Both the position numbers and the translations under genes were made by a program. A stretch of 64,000 nucleotides of DNA from Myxococcota bacterium (lineage in GTDB: Bacteria > Myxococcota_A > UBA796 > CAJQPC01): the NCBI GenBank assembly GCA_036229005.1, contig JAZAMN010000024.1, positions 160,001 through 224,000 of the forward strand, given 5' to 3'. The notes beneath the pieces were generated by a model. The model searched no databases and had not been told where the DNA came from. It saw only the letters and a program-made list of their open reading frames with translations. Positions 10,527 to 20,160 of the stretch are shown in pieces; the first letter of the stretch is position 1; each line of letters opens with the position of its first letter.

Positions 10527-11654
10527 CTACAACGGCTCGAGCTCGCCTTCCTCCAGCAGCACCACGTCGTCCCGGTGGATGGCCGGGCGGTGGCCACCCT
10601 GACCCAGCCGCTCCTGCATCACGCTGGCCCCGTCATTGGCCACCCCGTGGGCGAACACCCGGCCGTCGGCGCCGCGGATCGCGATGGCCTCGCCTGCGGG
10701 AAACTCCCCATGGATGTGGGTGATGCCGATCGGCAGCAAGGATGCACCGCGGGTGCGCAGGGCCCGCTCAGCCCCCTCGTTCACCTGGACCCAGAAGCGG
10801 GGGGCGGTCGCGTAGGCGAGCCATCTGCGGCGGCGGGTGCTGGTCACGTTGGCCGGAAAGAGGGTGCCCTCTGCGGCCCCCTCCATGATGTGGCGCACCG
10901 TCCCGGCTTCGTTCCCCGCGGCGATCACGGTGCTCACGCCCGCAAGCGAGGACACCTGTGCGCTGGCCACCTTGGCCTCCATGCCGCCCGTCCCGCCGGT
11001 CGATGAGCCGTAGAACTCCACGTCCAGGCTGGGATCCCAGCGCTCGATCACCTCGCCGTTGTGCAGCACGCCGCGCACGTTGGTGAGCAGGATGAGCAGG
11101 TCGGCGCCCAGTGCGGCGGCCACCAGGGCGGCCAGGCGGTCGTTGTCGCCGAACACCCGGGCGCGCGAGGGGTCCAGCCCCTGGGTGGACACGCTGTCGT
11201 TCTCGTTGACCACCGGGATGGCGCCCAGCTCCAGCAGGCGCTCCAGGTTCTGGGACAGGTTCCCGTAGCGGCGGCGGTTGTGGAAGTCGGCCTCGATGAG
11301 CAGGACCTGGGCGGTGCGCACCCCCAGGCGGCGGGCCAGCTCGTCGTAGAAGGACATCAGGCCGGCCTGGCCCGCGGTCGCGGCGGCCTGGCGGTCCCGC
11401 AGGTTGTCGGGCTGCGGGGGCAGGCCCAGGCGGCGGGCCCCGACTCCGATGGCGCCGGAGGACACCAGGATGACCTCGACGCCCTGGGATCTCAGGTCCG
11501 CGAGCTGCTCCATCAAGTGGGCCAGGCGGCTGACCGACAAGCCCCCGTCTGGCCGCGTGACCACTCGGGTCCCGACCTTGACGACGATGCGGCGGGCAGA
11601 GGCGAAGGCGGCGCGCTCCGGGCTGGGGGGCACCGGCGTTACAAGGTGGGCCAC
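10527..11654 (-). CDS. proB: Glutamate 5-kinase with PUA domain
   Basis: RIVVKVGT, VSSGAI, PVVNEND, FGDND, GTGGM..K, SLLPIGI; start uncertain (11654 or 11633). Confidence 0.95.
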   Translation of the reverse strand: MAHLVTPVPPSPERAAFASARRIVVKVGTRVVTRPDGGLSVSRLAHLMEQLADLRSQGVEVILVSSGAIGVGARRLGLPPQPDNLRDRQAAATAGQAGLMSFYDELARRLGVRTAQVLLIEADFHNRRRYGNLSQNLERLLELGAIPVVNENDSVSTQGLDPSRARVFGDNDRLAALVAAALGADLLILLTNVRGVLHNGEVIERWDPSLDVEFYGSSTGGTGGMEAKVASAQVSSLAGVSTVIAAGNEAGTVRHIMEGAAEGTLFPANVTSTRRRRWLAYATAPRFWVQVNEGAERALRTRGASLLPIGITHIHGEFPAGEAIAIRGADGRVFAHGVANDGASVMQERLGQGGHRPAIHRDDVVLLEEGELEPL

Positions 11655-12607
11655 TTCTGGGCTCTCTCGTCGGGGGCGTAGTCCATGAACAGCGGGTGGT
11701 CGTCCACCGCGCGGCGGGCGCGGCAGTGGGAGAGCCACAGGCCGTAGTGGGCGGGGTTGGCGCGCAGCCAGGGCTCGGCGCGCTCCTGGATGAAGCGCCG
11801 CATGAGCAGCTTCCAGTCGCGCTCGTAGAGCGGCTCACCCACCTGGCAGAGGTTGGGGCCGTCGGCCGGGCACTTGTTGAAGATGGGCACCAGGGCGGCC
11901 CCGGAGCGGGCGGCGATGCGGAAGGCGCCGGGGTTGAGCAGGGCCTGGCGCCCCAGGTAGGGCACGCGCACAAAGCGGCTGCCGATGCGGCCGTCGTAGG
12001 TGATGCCCACGGTCTCGTTGGCCTCCAGGCGGCGGAAGAGCTCGCGGACGGAGGTGTCCAGCGTCAGGTAGCGGGCGGGCAGCCTGTCCTCGTTGTCCTC
12101 GCGTGCGGCACGCACCTGGGCACGGAGTGGGTTGTGCCCGAATGTGTCGGGGTGGGCCTGGGCCACATCGGGGGGAGCCAAGCCCCTCGCCGCATACTGC
12201 GTGTACGGGATTCCGCTCAGGGAGATGCGGGCGATCATCATCATGATGTTGCCGGCGTGGGGGAGCACGATGACCGCGCCCTTGCCGCGGGACAGGGCGG
12301 CGTCCAGGTGCTCGCGGCCCTCCCACAGCATGTAGTTGTCCACGGTCTGGGGGGTGAGCTTGCCCAGCAGCAGCTCCTCCAGGTGGACGCGGAAGGCGAT
12401 GCGGTAGGCGTCCTGGACGCGCTCGGGGCGGGCGTCTCCGAAGCTCAAGACCAGCTCTTCGGCCAGGTCGGCCTTCTGGGGGCCGGCGGCGGCCAGCTGG
12501 GCGCGCCAGAGGGGGTAGAGCGCGCGCAGTTGACCGGGGAGCTCGGGGCGGAGGGCGCGGCGGAAGGGCACCCAGAAGGCCCAGCGGGCCAGGTCCTTGG
12601 GGCTCAA
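11639..12607 (-). CDS. LpxL/lysophospholipid acyltransferase family protein
   Basis: EGREHLDAALSRGKGAVIVLPHAGN, VPYLGR, LRANPAHYGLW; TTG start overlaps upstream TGA. Confidence 0.8.
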   Translation of the reverse strand: MSPKDLARWAFWVPFRRALRPELPGQLRALYPLWRAQLAAAGPQKADLAEELVLSFGDARPERVQDAYRIAFRVHLEELLLGKLTPQTVDNYMLWEGREHLDAALSRGKGAVIVLPHAGNIMMMIARISLSGIPYTQYAARGLAPPDVAQAHPDTFGHNPLRAQVRAAREDNEDRLPARYLTLDTSVRELFRRLEANETVGITYDGRIGSRFVRVPYLGRQALLNPGAFRIAARSGAALVPIFNKCPADGPNLCQVGEPLYERDWKLLMRRFIQERAEPWLRANPAHYGLWLSHCRARRAVDDHPLFMDYAPDERAQKWPTL

Positions 12608-13149
12608 CCCAGCACCAGGGAGAGCACGGTGCGGATGAGCACGCTGCCGCCGCAGCACAGGATCAGCAGAGCGGCCGCGCCGGCCAGGATGAGGATGAGC
12701 TTCTCGCCCTCCTTCTTCTCCTTGGCGCCGTCGGGGGTGGGGCCCTCGGCGATGGGCTGGGGGGCCACGTCGGACACGCCCTGGATCTGGCGGCCCCAGT
12801 GCAGCAGGAAGGGGCGGATGTGCGGGTGCAGGTCCTGGCGGTCGATGTGGACCAGGTGGATGGGCTCGGGGAAGCCCTCGATCTCCAGGCGCGCGTCGCT
12901 GGTGGTGGTGCGGGGGTACTGGCCGATGGCGACGGTGTCCCGGTTCATGGCCCAGCGTTTGTCGGTGGCCCAGCCCGCGGCGCCGTCGGCGGCGGTCATC
13001 TTGATGACGAAGATCCGGTAGTCGGTGAGCGCCACCTGGTACCAGACGTTCAGCGCGCCCTGCCGGGGACCGGGGGCGCCGAGCACGGTGATGACCGACT
13101 CCTGGCCGACCAACATGTCGTCGAACAGCTCGGTGTTCTGCGCGGACAA
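12604..13149 (-). CDS. Hypothetical protein with C-terminal transmembrane helix
   Basis: GGAGG RBS; hydrophobic C-terminus; coupled to acyltransferase. Confidence 0.7.
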   Translation of the reverse strand: MSAQNTELFDDMLVGQESVITVLGAPGPRQGALNVWYQVALTDYRIFVIKMTAADGAAGWATDKRWAMNRDTVAIGQYPRTTTSDARLEIEGFPEPIHLVHIDRQDLHPHIRPFLLHWGRQIQGVSDVAPQPIAEGPTPDGAKEKKEGEKLILILAGAAALLILCCGGSVLIRTVLSLVLG

Positions 13150-13248
13150 CGCAACCTCCAGGTAGAGGGGAGGCTAACACCCTGTGAGCCCGCGCTCTTT
13201 CCGACCAGCGGCGCGACGCTCTATTCTCTGCGGACCCTGGGAGAGACC

Positions 13249-14772
13249 GTGCGCATCATCCTGATCAACCCGCCGCTGGACTCCGTGCTGCGCGACGGCA
13301 ACGTGGATCCGGTCACCACCTACCTCTTCTACAACTCCGCGCCGCTGGGGCTGCTCTACATCGCTGCGATGCTGGAGCAGCAGGGCCACCAGGTCGCCTG
13401 CCTGGACGCCGCCGCCGAGAAGCTGGACATCCCCGGGACCGTGCAGCGCATCCAGGAGTTCGGCCCGGACCTCATCGGCATCGGCTCGACCACCGTGGTG
13501 TTCGACGGGACGGTGGAGCTCGCCAAGCAGCTCAAGCAGGTCCTGCCGCGCATCCCCATCGTGCTGGGCGGCTACCACGTGACCCTGCTGCCCGACGAGG
13601 CCATGGCGCACACCTGCTTTGACGTGGGCGTCATCCACGAGGGTGAGCACACGATGGTCGAACTCGTCGAGCACTACGAGGGCAAGGGCCAGCTCGCGGA
13701 GGTCGAGGGGATCGTGTTCCGTGGTGAGGACGGGGCCGTGGTCCACACCCCGCACCGCAAGGCCTTCCGCAAGCTGGACGAGCTCCCTCTGCCAGCGAGG
13801 CATCTGCTCCCGCCCGACCTCTACAAGCCCATCCCCGTCGATGAGCACGCCATGCCCAAGTTCGCGATGGTGAGCTCCCGGGGCTGCCCCCACGCCTGCG
13901 CCTTCTGCCAGAAGAGCCGCACCGGCTACCGCTCGCGCAGCCCCCAGCAGGTGGTGGACGAGATCGAGCACCTGGTGCGGGACTACGGCGTGCGGGATCT
14001 GGCGTTCGTGGACAGCCTCTTCTGCGCCAACAAGCGCCGCGTGATGGCCATCTGCGACGAGATCATCCGCCGCGGGGTCAAGGTGAGCTGGACCTGCAGT
14101 TCGCGCGTCGAGGTCGTGGACCAGGAGATGCTGCAGCGCATGGCCGAGGCCGGCTGCTGGCGCACCCGCTTTGGCATCGAGTCGGGCTCGGACCAGGTGC
14201 TGGACTTCATCTCCAAGGGCATCACCAAGGAGAAGATCCGCAACGCGGTGACCTGGGCCCACGAGGCCGGGCTGCGCCCCAAGGCCTTCTTCATGGTGGG
14301 CCACATGCCCGACACCCACGAGACCATCGTGGAGACCATCGAGTTCGCCAAGAGCATCCCGCTGCACGACGTCACCGTGCAGATCAACACCCTGCTCCCC
14401 AAGACCCCGCAGATGGAGGCCTGGGAGCGCGAGGGCAGCAAGTGGGGCCGGCTCATCAACGAGAGCAGCTCCGAGAAGAGCTTCTGGGAGCCGACCTTCG
14501 TGCCCTGGGGCCTGGAGCCACAGGACCTGATCGACTACCACCGCCGCTTCTACCGGGAGTTCTACTTCCGCCCGGTCACGCTGGCGCGGCACCTGGAGAA
14601 CATCGACACCTGGCAGGACGTCTACAAGTACCTGCAGGCCAGCGGGCTGTTCAGCTTCTTGTTCTACAACGCCGAGAAGCCCAGCCTGAGCATGGTGACC
14701 AACTTCGCCAAGACGCTGCGGGAGGCGCGGCGGATGCGGGAGGCTGGGGCTGCGATGGAATACGCGGATTAG
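13249..14772 (+). CDS. Cobalamin-binding radical SAM protein (class B methylase-like)
   Basis: LINPP, PLGLLYIAA, GGYHVT, SRGCPHACAFC (CxxxCxxC), GIESGS. Confidence 0.92.
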   Translation: MRIILINPPLDSVLRDGNVDPVTTYLFYNSAPLGLLYIAAMLEQQGHQVACLDAAAEKLDIPGTVQRIQEFGPDLIGIGSTTVVFDGTVELAKQLKQVLPRIPIVLGGYHVTLLPDEAMAHTCFDVGVIHEGEHTMVELVEHYEGKGQLAEVEGIVFRGEDGAVVHTPHRKAFRKLDELPLPARHLLPPDLYKPIPVDEHAMPKFAMVSSRGCPHACAFCQKSRTGYRSRSPQQVVDEIEHLVRDYGVRDLAFVDSLFCANKRRVMAICDEIIRRGVKVSWTCSSRVEVVDQEMLQRMAEAGCWRTRFGIESGSDQVLDFISKGITKEKIRNAVTWAHEAGLRPKAFFMVGHMPDTHETIVETIEFAKSIPLHDVTVQINTLLPKTPQMEAWEREGSKWGRLINESSSEKSFWEPTFVPWGLEPQDLIDYHRRFYREFYFRPVTLARHLENIDTWQDVYKYLQASGLFSFLFYNAEKPSLSMVTNFAKTLREARRMREAGAAMEYAD

Positions 14773-14900
14773 ATATTCGCGTATCGGCACGGTCAACGCC
14801 CGAGCGGAGCGAGCGGCTTGAGCGGCAGGGTATGCCGATTAGAGTTCGGCATACCGGCACGGTCAATGCCCGAGCGCAGCGAGTGGCTTGAGCGGCAGGG
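14760..14900. repeat. Two ~70-bp direct repeats, each starting with a hairpin
   Basis: Shared CGGCACGGTCAA.GCCCGAGCG.AGCGAG.GGCTTGAGCGGCAGGG; stems ATACGCGGA/TTCGCGTAT and GTATGCCGA/TCGGCATAC. Confidence 0.85.
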
Positions 14901-14910
14901 GGCTCGCCGG

Positions 14911-15120
14911 GCGCGCAAGTCGTTCTGAACGCAACAGGGCCGCGCGCAAGTGGCTCTGAACGCAACACGCTGCCGCGCAAGCCCCTCTGAACGCAACACA
15001 ACCGGCCTATCCACCCTCGCTGAGAGCGCCTGTTGTTGCGTTGACCCCGACTTGCGCGGCGCCTTGTTGCGTTGACCCCGACTTGAGCGGTGCCTTGTTG
15101 TGCTCACCCCGAGTTGCGCC
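14911..15120. repeat. 31-bp period array: 3 direct copies then 3 inverted copies
   Basis: CGCGCAAG....CTGAACGCAACA units at 14911/14942/14973; inverted TGTTGCGTTGACCCCGACTTG units at 15034/15065/15096. Confidence 0.85.
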
Positions 15121-15128
15121 GGCCGCGG

Positions 15129-16004
15129 CTACCCGGCCACCGCGCAGTAGCTCCCCAGCTCACGAGACCCGAGCCGACGGACCTGCTCGCGGGGAATGCC
15201 CTCATGAATCCAGAGCTCACCGCTGGGATTCGAGGAGGCCTGCACGCAGAGCGTGTCTTCGGTGGTGAGGGCCAGTGCCAGAGGGCTCTCTTGGGTGTCC
15301 GCCCAGAGGGTGAGGGGCAGGCGCTCTCCGGTCAACGTCACCTCGGCCTCAAAGCAGCTGCGCTCCGTGAAGGCCGGCATGTTCGGTCGGCCGTCCGGGG
15401 CCTCTCCGCACTCCCGGGGCTCCACCGCGCGGATGGGCACGCACTCCAACTGGGCGGGGAGCAGGCTGCTGTGGAAGGTGGCCTGGTCGCGCGGCATCAG
15501 CGCTGGGTACAGGCCCAGGAGCTGGGCGGTGCTGGGCTCGAACACCAGCAGCTCGCTCACGATGCAGCGCTGGTAGTCGGTGAAGGTGGCTCGTGTGGGC
15601 CTGGTGGCCTCCATGGTCCGCAGCGTCGCGGCCAGCTCCAGCAGGGGGGCGCCGCGGTGGCTGCGCTGTGCGGCCTGGAGGTAGAGGAAGGGCGCGGCCT
15701 CCGACCCGTCGAGCTCGGCCTCCAGGGCCAGGATCCAGAGCAGACGTCCGTCCCGTGGAGCACTCTCCTTGCGCTCGACCAGGCGGGTCCGGGCGGCCTC
15801 GCGCTCGGAGGGCTCAGCGTCCGAGAGGAGCAGCAGCGCGTCCTCCAGCACCGGAGCGTCCACCCAGGGCCCCGTGCAGTCCGGCGTCGGAGGCAGCTCG
15901 GGAAAGGCGAAGCGCAGGTCGTCGGCGACGCAGCGACCGTCCGGCCAGCGGCGAAGGGCGGGCGCCTCGGGGGCGCCGGTCATCAGGGTCAGGAGCAGGA
16001 GCAT
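15129..16004 (-). CDS. Hypothetical secreted protein
   Basis: Short hydrophobic N-terminus; several Cys; no family recognised. Confidence 0.6.
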   Translation of the reverse strand: MLLLLTLMTGAPEAPALRRWPDGRCVADDLRFAFPELPPTPDCTGPWVDAPVLEDALLLLSDAEPSEREAARTRLVERKESAPRDGRLLWILALEAELDGSEAAPFLYLQAAQRSHRGAPLLELAATLRTMEATRPTRATFTDYQRCIVSELLVFEPSTAQLLGLYPALMPRDQATFHSSLLPAQLECVPIRAVEPRECGEAPDGRPNMPAFTERSCFEAEVTLTGERLPLTLWADTQESPLALALTTEDTLCVQASSNPSGELWIHEGIPREQVRRLGSRELGSYCAVAG

Positions 16005-16037
16005 AGGGGGTTGGTACCCCGCGTGGCCTCCGGGTTC

Positions 16038-16742
16038 CTACGCGATCGGCGAGAAGTTCCCCACCACCGCGCCCGTCTCCGGGTCGGCCCAGATGTGCAG
16101 GCCTTCGTGGGGGCGCTTGCCGGCTCGGATGCGCGCCAGCTCGAAGCGCCAGGCCTCGGCCCAGGCGTCAAAGCGGAGGTTGGCCCAGGCGCACGGGGGC
16201 TCGGTCAGCTTCTCCAGGGGGCCGGTCTGCGCCTCGATGGCGGCGAGCTCGTCGGTGAAGGGGTTCACCGCGATGAGCACCCACAGACGACCGCCGGAGT
16301 GGGGCCAGTACAGGGCGTTCCACTGCGCCAGGATGGCGGGGGTGCCCTCGAGCATCTCCTGCAGCCTGTCCTCGTTGGCGGGCTCAAGCTTTGGGAGTTG
16401 GAGGTCAGTCAAGCGGGGGAGGTGTTGGACCACCTTCTCCGAGACGGACTCCGCGAAGACCTCCTCCACCGTCGCCCAGGGGCCAGTGCAGGCACCCTCG
16501 ACCTGGGGACAGCCCATCAGCGCCTCCAGCTCCTGGCCGCTGATGAACTCCTTGCCGTCGGGCTTGCAGGGGTCCTCTGGGGCCTCGATCTCGGGGTCGT
16601 AGCGGTAGGGCGCGTTGCGCTTCTGCCAGCAGGTCGTGGCGATCCAGGGGACCGGGGGCAAGGTCCGGGTGTCGGGCTCGCCGGAGCTGGGGGCGTCCCG
16701 CTCGTAGGGAGTCGAGAAGAGCTGCCCGATTGCCTTGAACAT
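16038..16742 (-). CDS. Hypothetical protein
   Basis: GGAGG RBS before ATG 16742; codon bias. Confidence 0.65.
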   Translation of the reverse strand: MFKAIGQLFSTPYERDAPSSGEPDTRTLPPVPWIATTCWQKRNAPYRYDPEIEAPEDPCKPDGKEFISGQELEALMGCPQVEGACTGPWATVEEVFAESVSEKVVQHLPRLTDLQLPKLEPANEDRLQEMLEGTPAILAQWNALYWPHSGGRLWVLIAVNPFTDELAAIEAQTGPLEKLTEPPCAWANLRFDAWAEAWRFELARIRAGKRPHEGLHIWADPETGAVVGNFSPIA

Positions 16743-16945
16743 GGGTCCTCCAGGGTCACCCCCTATTCTGGTCCGGTCCGCATGCCGGGGGAAGGGGCGC
16801 TGACTCCCTTGTTGCCCGGAGCATGCTCTGGGACAGGGAGGAAGCGCGGAGGAGCCCCCGGGGTTTTGGGACACACCCCTTGACATCGTGATCGAGCGGG
16901 GTACCGATCCCTGTCCACTTTCTTGTCTCTTGCGAGGTCACTGCG

Positions 16946-18085
16946 ATGCTCTCTCTGCTGCTTGCGCTCTCCGCCCCTGTCCAGGCTCAGGACTGCAACG
17001 TCCGCCAGGCCCAGGCCGACCTCAAGGCCGCGACCCCCACCAGCGTGCCCGCCGCCTACAGCGCGTTGGCCGAGTGCGACGCGGGCGCCGCAAAGAAGGC
17101 CGCGCCCGACGCCCTGGAGAAGGTGCTCGCCGGCAAGGAGGGGAACGCTGTGCTCAAGACGGCCGTGCAGGTGGGCGCGGACGCCGCCGCGCTGGAGTAC
17201 ATCGAGGGCCTGCAGTCCGACGAGCGCTCCAAGGCCGTGGCCTCCCTGGGCACCGCCTGCAATGCCTCCGAGCATGTCGCCGACTTCCTGACCGCCACCG
17301 CCGAGTCCAAGGGCGACGCCTTCTGGACCGAGCGCTGGTACCGCTCCCTGGCCGAGTGTCGGAACCCCGGCGTCCAGGAGCTCCTGCAGTCCGAGATCGA
17401 CAAGCCCGTCTCCGACCAGACCCGCTTCTTTGGTGTGCTGGAGGTCTACTCCCGCAACCTGGGCGCCGACGCGCTGCCCACCCTCAAGCGCCTGCTGGGC
17501 GAGCTCGAGAACGAAGAGGAGCTCACCTACGTCGTCAACGCCTTCGCCGACGCCGCGCAGGTCGGCTCCCTGGAGGGGGTGAACGCCGAGACCTCCGGGA
17601 AGGCGGCCGCGATCATCGTCGAGATGGCCCCTCAGCTCCCCCCCAAGGCGGTCGAGCAGGCCCGCACCACGCTGCTCTCCCTGGGCGCCGAGGCCGAGGC
17701 CAACAAGCTCGCCGGCGTCCGCTACCAGGACCGCATGGTCGATGGTCAGCTTCGCTACGGCGTGGTCGTCGTCGAGACCGCCACCTGCAAGAAGGGCGAC
17801 ACCCAGATCGGCGTGCACATGGGCGTGCTCACCGAGTCCGGCGCCGCCTGGCCCGATCAGGTCGCTGAGTCCGTCGACGCCGCCAGCTACGGCTGGGACT
17901 ATGAGCTCGCGGGCAGCCGCAAGTGCAAGGGCACCAGCGAGAACACCGTGTTCCTGAGCGCCCAGCCCGTCGAGGACGACGCCGCCCTCCAGGCCTTCTG
18001 GGATGAGCAGCGCCAGAAGGTGATCCGCGCCGCCCAGGGACCCGTCACCGAGATCTCGGAAGAGACCGAGCTCAAGCTCCAGTGA
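16946..18085 (+). CDS. Secreted helical-repeat hypothetical protein
   Basis: Signal peptide MLSLLLALSAPVQA; strong codon bias. Confidence 0.8.
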   Translation: MLSLLLALSAPVQAQDCNVRQAQADLKAATPTSVPAAYSALAECDAGAAKKAAPDALEKVLAGKEGNAVLKTAVQVGADAAALEYIEGLQSDERSKAVASLGTACNASEHVADFLTATAESKGDAFWTERWYRSLAECRNPGVQELLQSEIDKPVSDQTRFFGVLEVYSRNLGADALPTLKRLLGELENEEELTYVVNAFADAAQVGSLEGVNAETSGKAAAIIVEMAPQLPPKAVEQARTTLLSLGAEAEANKLAGVRYQDRMVDGQLRYGVVVVETATCKKGDTQIGVHMGVLTESGAAWPDQVAESVDAASYGWDYELAGSRKCKGTSENTVFLSAQPVEDDAALQAFWDEQRQKVIRAAQGPVTEISEETELKLQ

Positions 18086-18621
18086 GTCCTCGCTTTGGGG
18101 CCGATGCCCTGCAGGATGCGCGCGTCCAGGAGCTGCAGCGGTGGGTCCTGGAGTGGGTGGTGGGGCTCAACCTCTGCCCCTTCGCGAAGGCCCCCTTGGA
18201 CAGCGGTCGCGTGGGCTGGGGCATCGAGGAGGGCGACGACTCCGCGGTGATCGACGCCCTGCTGCTGGCCATCGACGAGATCGAGGCCGGCCGCTGCGAC
18301 ACCCTGCTGCTGGCCCTGCCTTGGTTCCTGGACTTCTACGAGCTCATGGACTGCGTGGCCGCCTGCGAGGCGCTGCTGGACCAGGCCGGCCTCTCCGAGC
18401 GCTACCAGCTCGCGCACTTCCACCCGCGCTACATCTTCGAGGACGTCGAGTTCGACGACGCCTCCAACCTGACCAACCGCAGCCCGGTCCCGGCGCTCCA
18501 TCTACTGCGCACGCAGGACGTCGCGTGGGCCGTGGACAAGCACCCGGACATCGCGTCGGTGCCGGAGCGGAACGTGGCCTTGCTGCGGGAGCTCGCCGCC
18601 AAGGGGCAGCTCCCCGGCTGA
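18082..18621 (+). CDS. DUF1415 family protein
   Basis: VVGLNLCPFA, QLAHFHP, TNRSPVP.LHLLR. Confidence 0.88.
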   Translation: MSPRFGADALQDARVQELQRWVLEWVVGLNLCPFAKAPLDSGRVGWGIEEGDDSAVIDALLLAIDEIEAGRCDTLLLALPWFLDFYELMDCVAACEALLDQAGLSERYQLAHFHPRYIFEDVEFDDASNLTNRSPVPALHLLRTQDVAWAVDKHPDIASVPERNVALLRELAAKGQLPG

Positions 18622-18649
18622 GTCTCCGGGCGGATGCTTCGGGTTGGGG

Positions 18650-19387
18650 TCAGCGGCCGCCGGCGGAGTGGATCTCGCAGAGCTCGCCTTCGTCCATCCA
18701 GGCGATGCAGGTGACCGGGCAGGCGTCGATGGCGTCCTGGATCAGGTCCATGGGGCCCTCCTGCTTGAGGACCTCGGCCTTGACCTCTTCGCCTTGCTTG
18801 TCGTCTTCGCCCAGGAAGAACACGTCCTCGGTCTGCTCGACGCAGGTGCCGCAGGAGATGCACTCCTCCTGGTCGATGCTCAGCACCTGGCCGGCGGCCT
18901 TGGCCCGGCTGGACTCGTTGTCGACCGGCCCGACGAACTGCACGCCGTCGTCCGCCGTGTTCAGGCCCACCCCAGCGAGCTCCACGTCGTCTCGGCCGTT
19001 GACCCGCATGCGCTCGGCGTAGGCCTCCAGGTCCGTGCCCGACTGGTCGGCGTGGCGCGCCTCTCCGAGCTGTCCGCTGGCCGCCAGAGCCGCCAGTGCC
19101 GCGAACGAGCTCCCACCCGCGGCAGGCTGCGGCGCGGCGGTCTCCGGGGGAGGAGAGGCTGGGGTCCGCTTTGGGGCTGCTTGGCCCACCGTCTGGACCG
19201 GCTCAGGCAGCGACTCCCTCTGTGCACGCTCTCCCCCCGGCGAGGTGCGACTGGGCGCAGCGGGGCTCGGGGCCTTCGCGGCGGAGGGAGCGGGGCGGGG
19301 GCTGGGCTCAGCGGGGGCGGGCTTGCCGGAGGGCTTGCCGCGTCCCAGGAGCTTCCTGCCGATGCGCTTGAGGCCAGAGCGGATCAT
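18650..19387 (-). CDS. Single-cluster ferredoxin with long Pro/Ala-rich N-terminal extension
   Basis: CISCGTC...AIDACPVTCI. Confidence 0.8.
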   Translation of the reverse strand: MIRSGLKRIGRKLLGRGKPSGKPAPAEPSPRPAPSAAKAPSPAAPSRTSPGGERAQRESLPEPVQTVGQAAPKRTPASPPPETAAPQPAAGGSSFAALAALAASGQLGEARHADQSGTDLEAYAERMRVNGRDDVELAGVGLNTADDGVQFVGPVDNESSRAKAAGQVLSIDQEECISCGTCVEQTEDVFFLGEDDKQGEEVKAEVLKQEGPMDLIQDAIDACPVTCIAWMDEGELCEIHSAGGR

Positions 19388-19455
19388 GGCGGCCAGTGTA
19401 GCCGGGTCGTCCGCGCTTGGCCCGGATAGAGGACGGTGAACCAAAGGAGGACGTC

Positions 19456-20142
19456 ATGGTGGGGTGGGTACTGGTGGTGGGGTTGGGGAGCGCGCAGGCT
19501 GGCGAGGGCGGGCCCATGCTTGGGATCGGGGCCGGGGTCGGCGGCCCTGGCACGGTGCGGATGCTGAACGGCGGCACCACCGTGTCTGCACCGCCGCTTC
19601 CCTACACGTCCCTGCGCTGGTTCATCGGGTCCAGCTTCATCCTGGAGCCCGACCTGACCTGGCTCCGCAGCTCTGGTTGGCTCGACGAAGAGGACCTGGA
19701 CCGCAGCGCGGATGAGCTCGTCTCAAGCTCGCTGTACTCGGAGCACAGCTACTTGAGCGCTGGCCTGACGGCCAAGTGGCTGCTCCCCGTGGGCGACGAG
19801 CTCGCCGTCTACCCCATGCTGGGGGGCGCTTGGGAGCGAGAGCAGCTGTGGGTGTGGAGCGACTCCGAGCTCCGCTCGGAAGCTGTGGTGACCGAGTCCA
19901 AGGTCGCGTCCGGCTGGATCGTGGGTGGGGGACTGGGGACCATGATCTGGCTGCGCTCCCAGCAGCTGAGCCTCTCAGCAGAGCTCTTCCTGGCGCAGTA
20001 CGGCGCCGTTCAGGTCACCCAGGAGCAGTACCTGCTCGACGATGAGACCGGAGACCGCACCCTGGACAACGTCAAGGACTACGACCTTGACGGGCTGCGG
20101 GTCGCGCCGGACGGTCGCCTGGCCGTCCACCTCTACTTCTGA
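19456..20142 (+). CDS. Outer-membrane beta-barrel protein
   Basis: AGGAGG RBS; signal peptide; C-terminal VHLYF. Confidence 0.7.
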   Translation: MVGWVLVVGLGSAQAGEGGPMLGIGAGVGGPGTVRMLNGGTTVSAPPLPYTSLRWFIGSSFILEPDLTWLRSSGWLDEEDLDRSADELVSSSLYSEHSYLSAGLTAKWLLPVGDELAVYPMLGGAWEREQLWVWSDSELRSEAVVTESKVASGWIVGGGLGTMIWLRSQQLSLSAELFLAQYGAVQVTQEQYLLDDETGDRTLDNVKDYDLDGLRVAPDGRLAVHLYF

Positions 20143-20160
20143 GCCGCCGCAGCACGCAGC

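Noticed and set aside
14760..15120. CRISPR array (also considered for 40821-41003)
   Set aside because: Contiguous degenerate repeats without unique spacers, inverted halves, no cas genes
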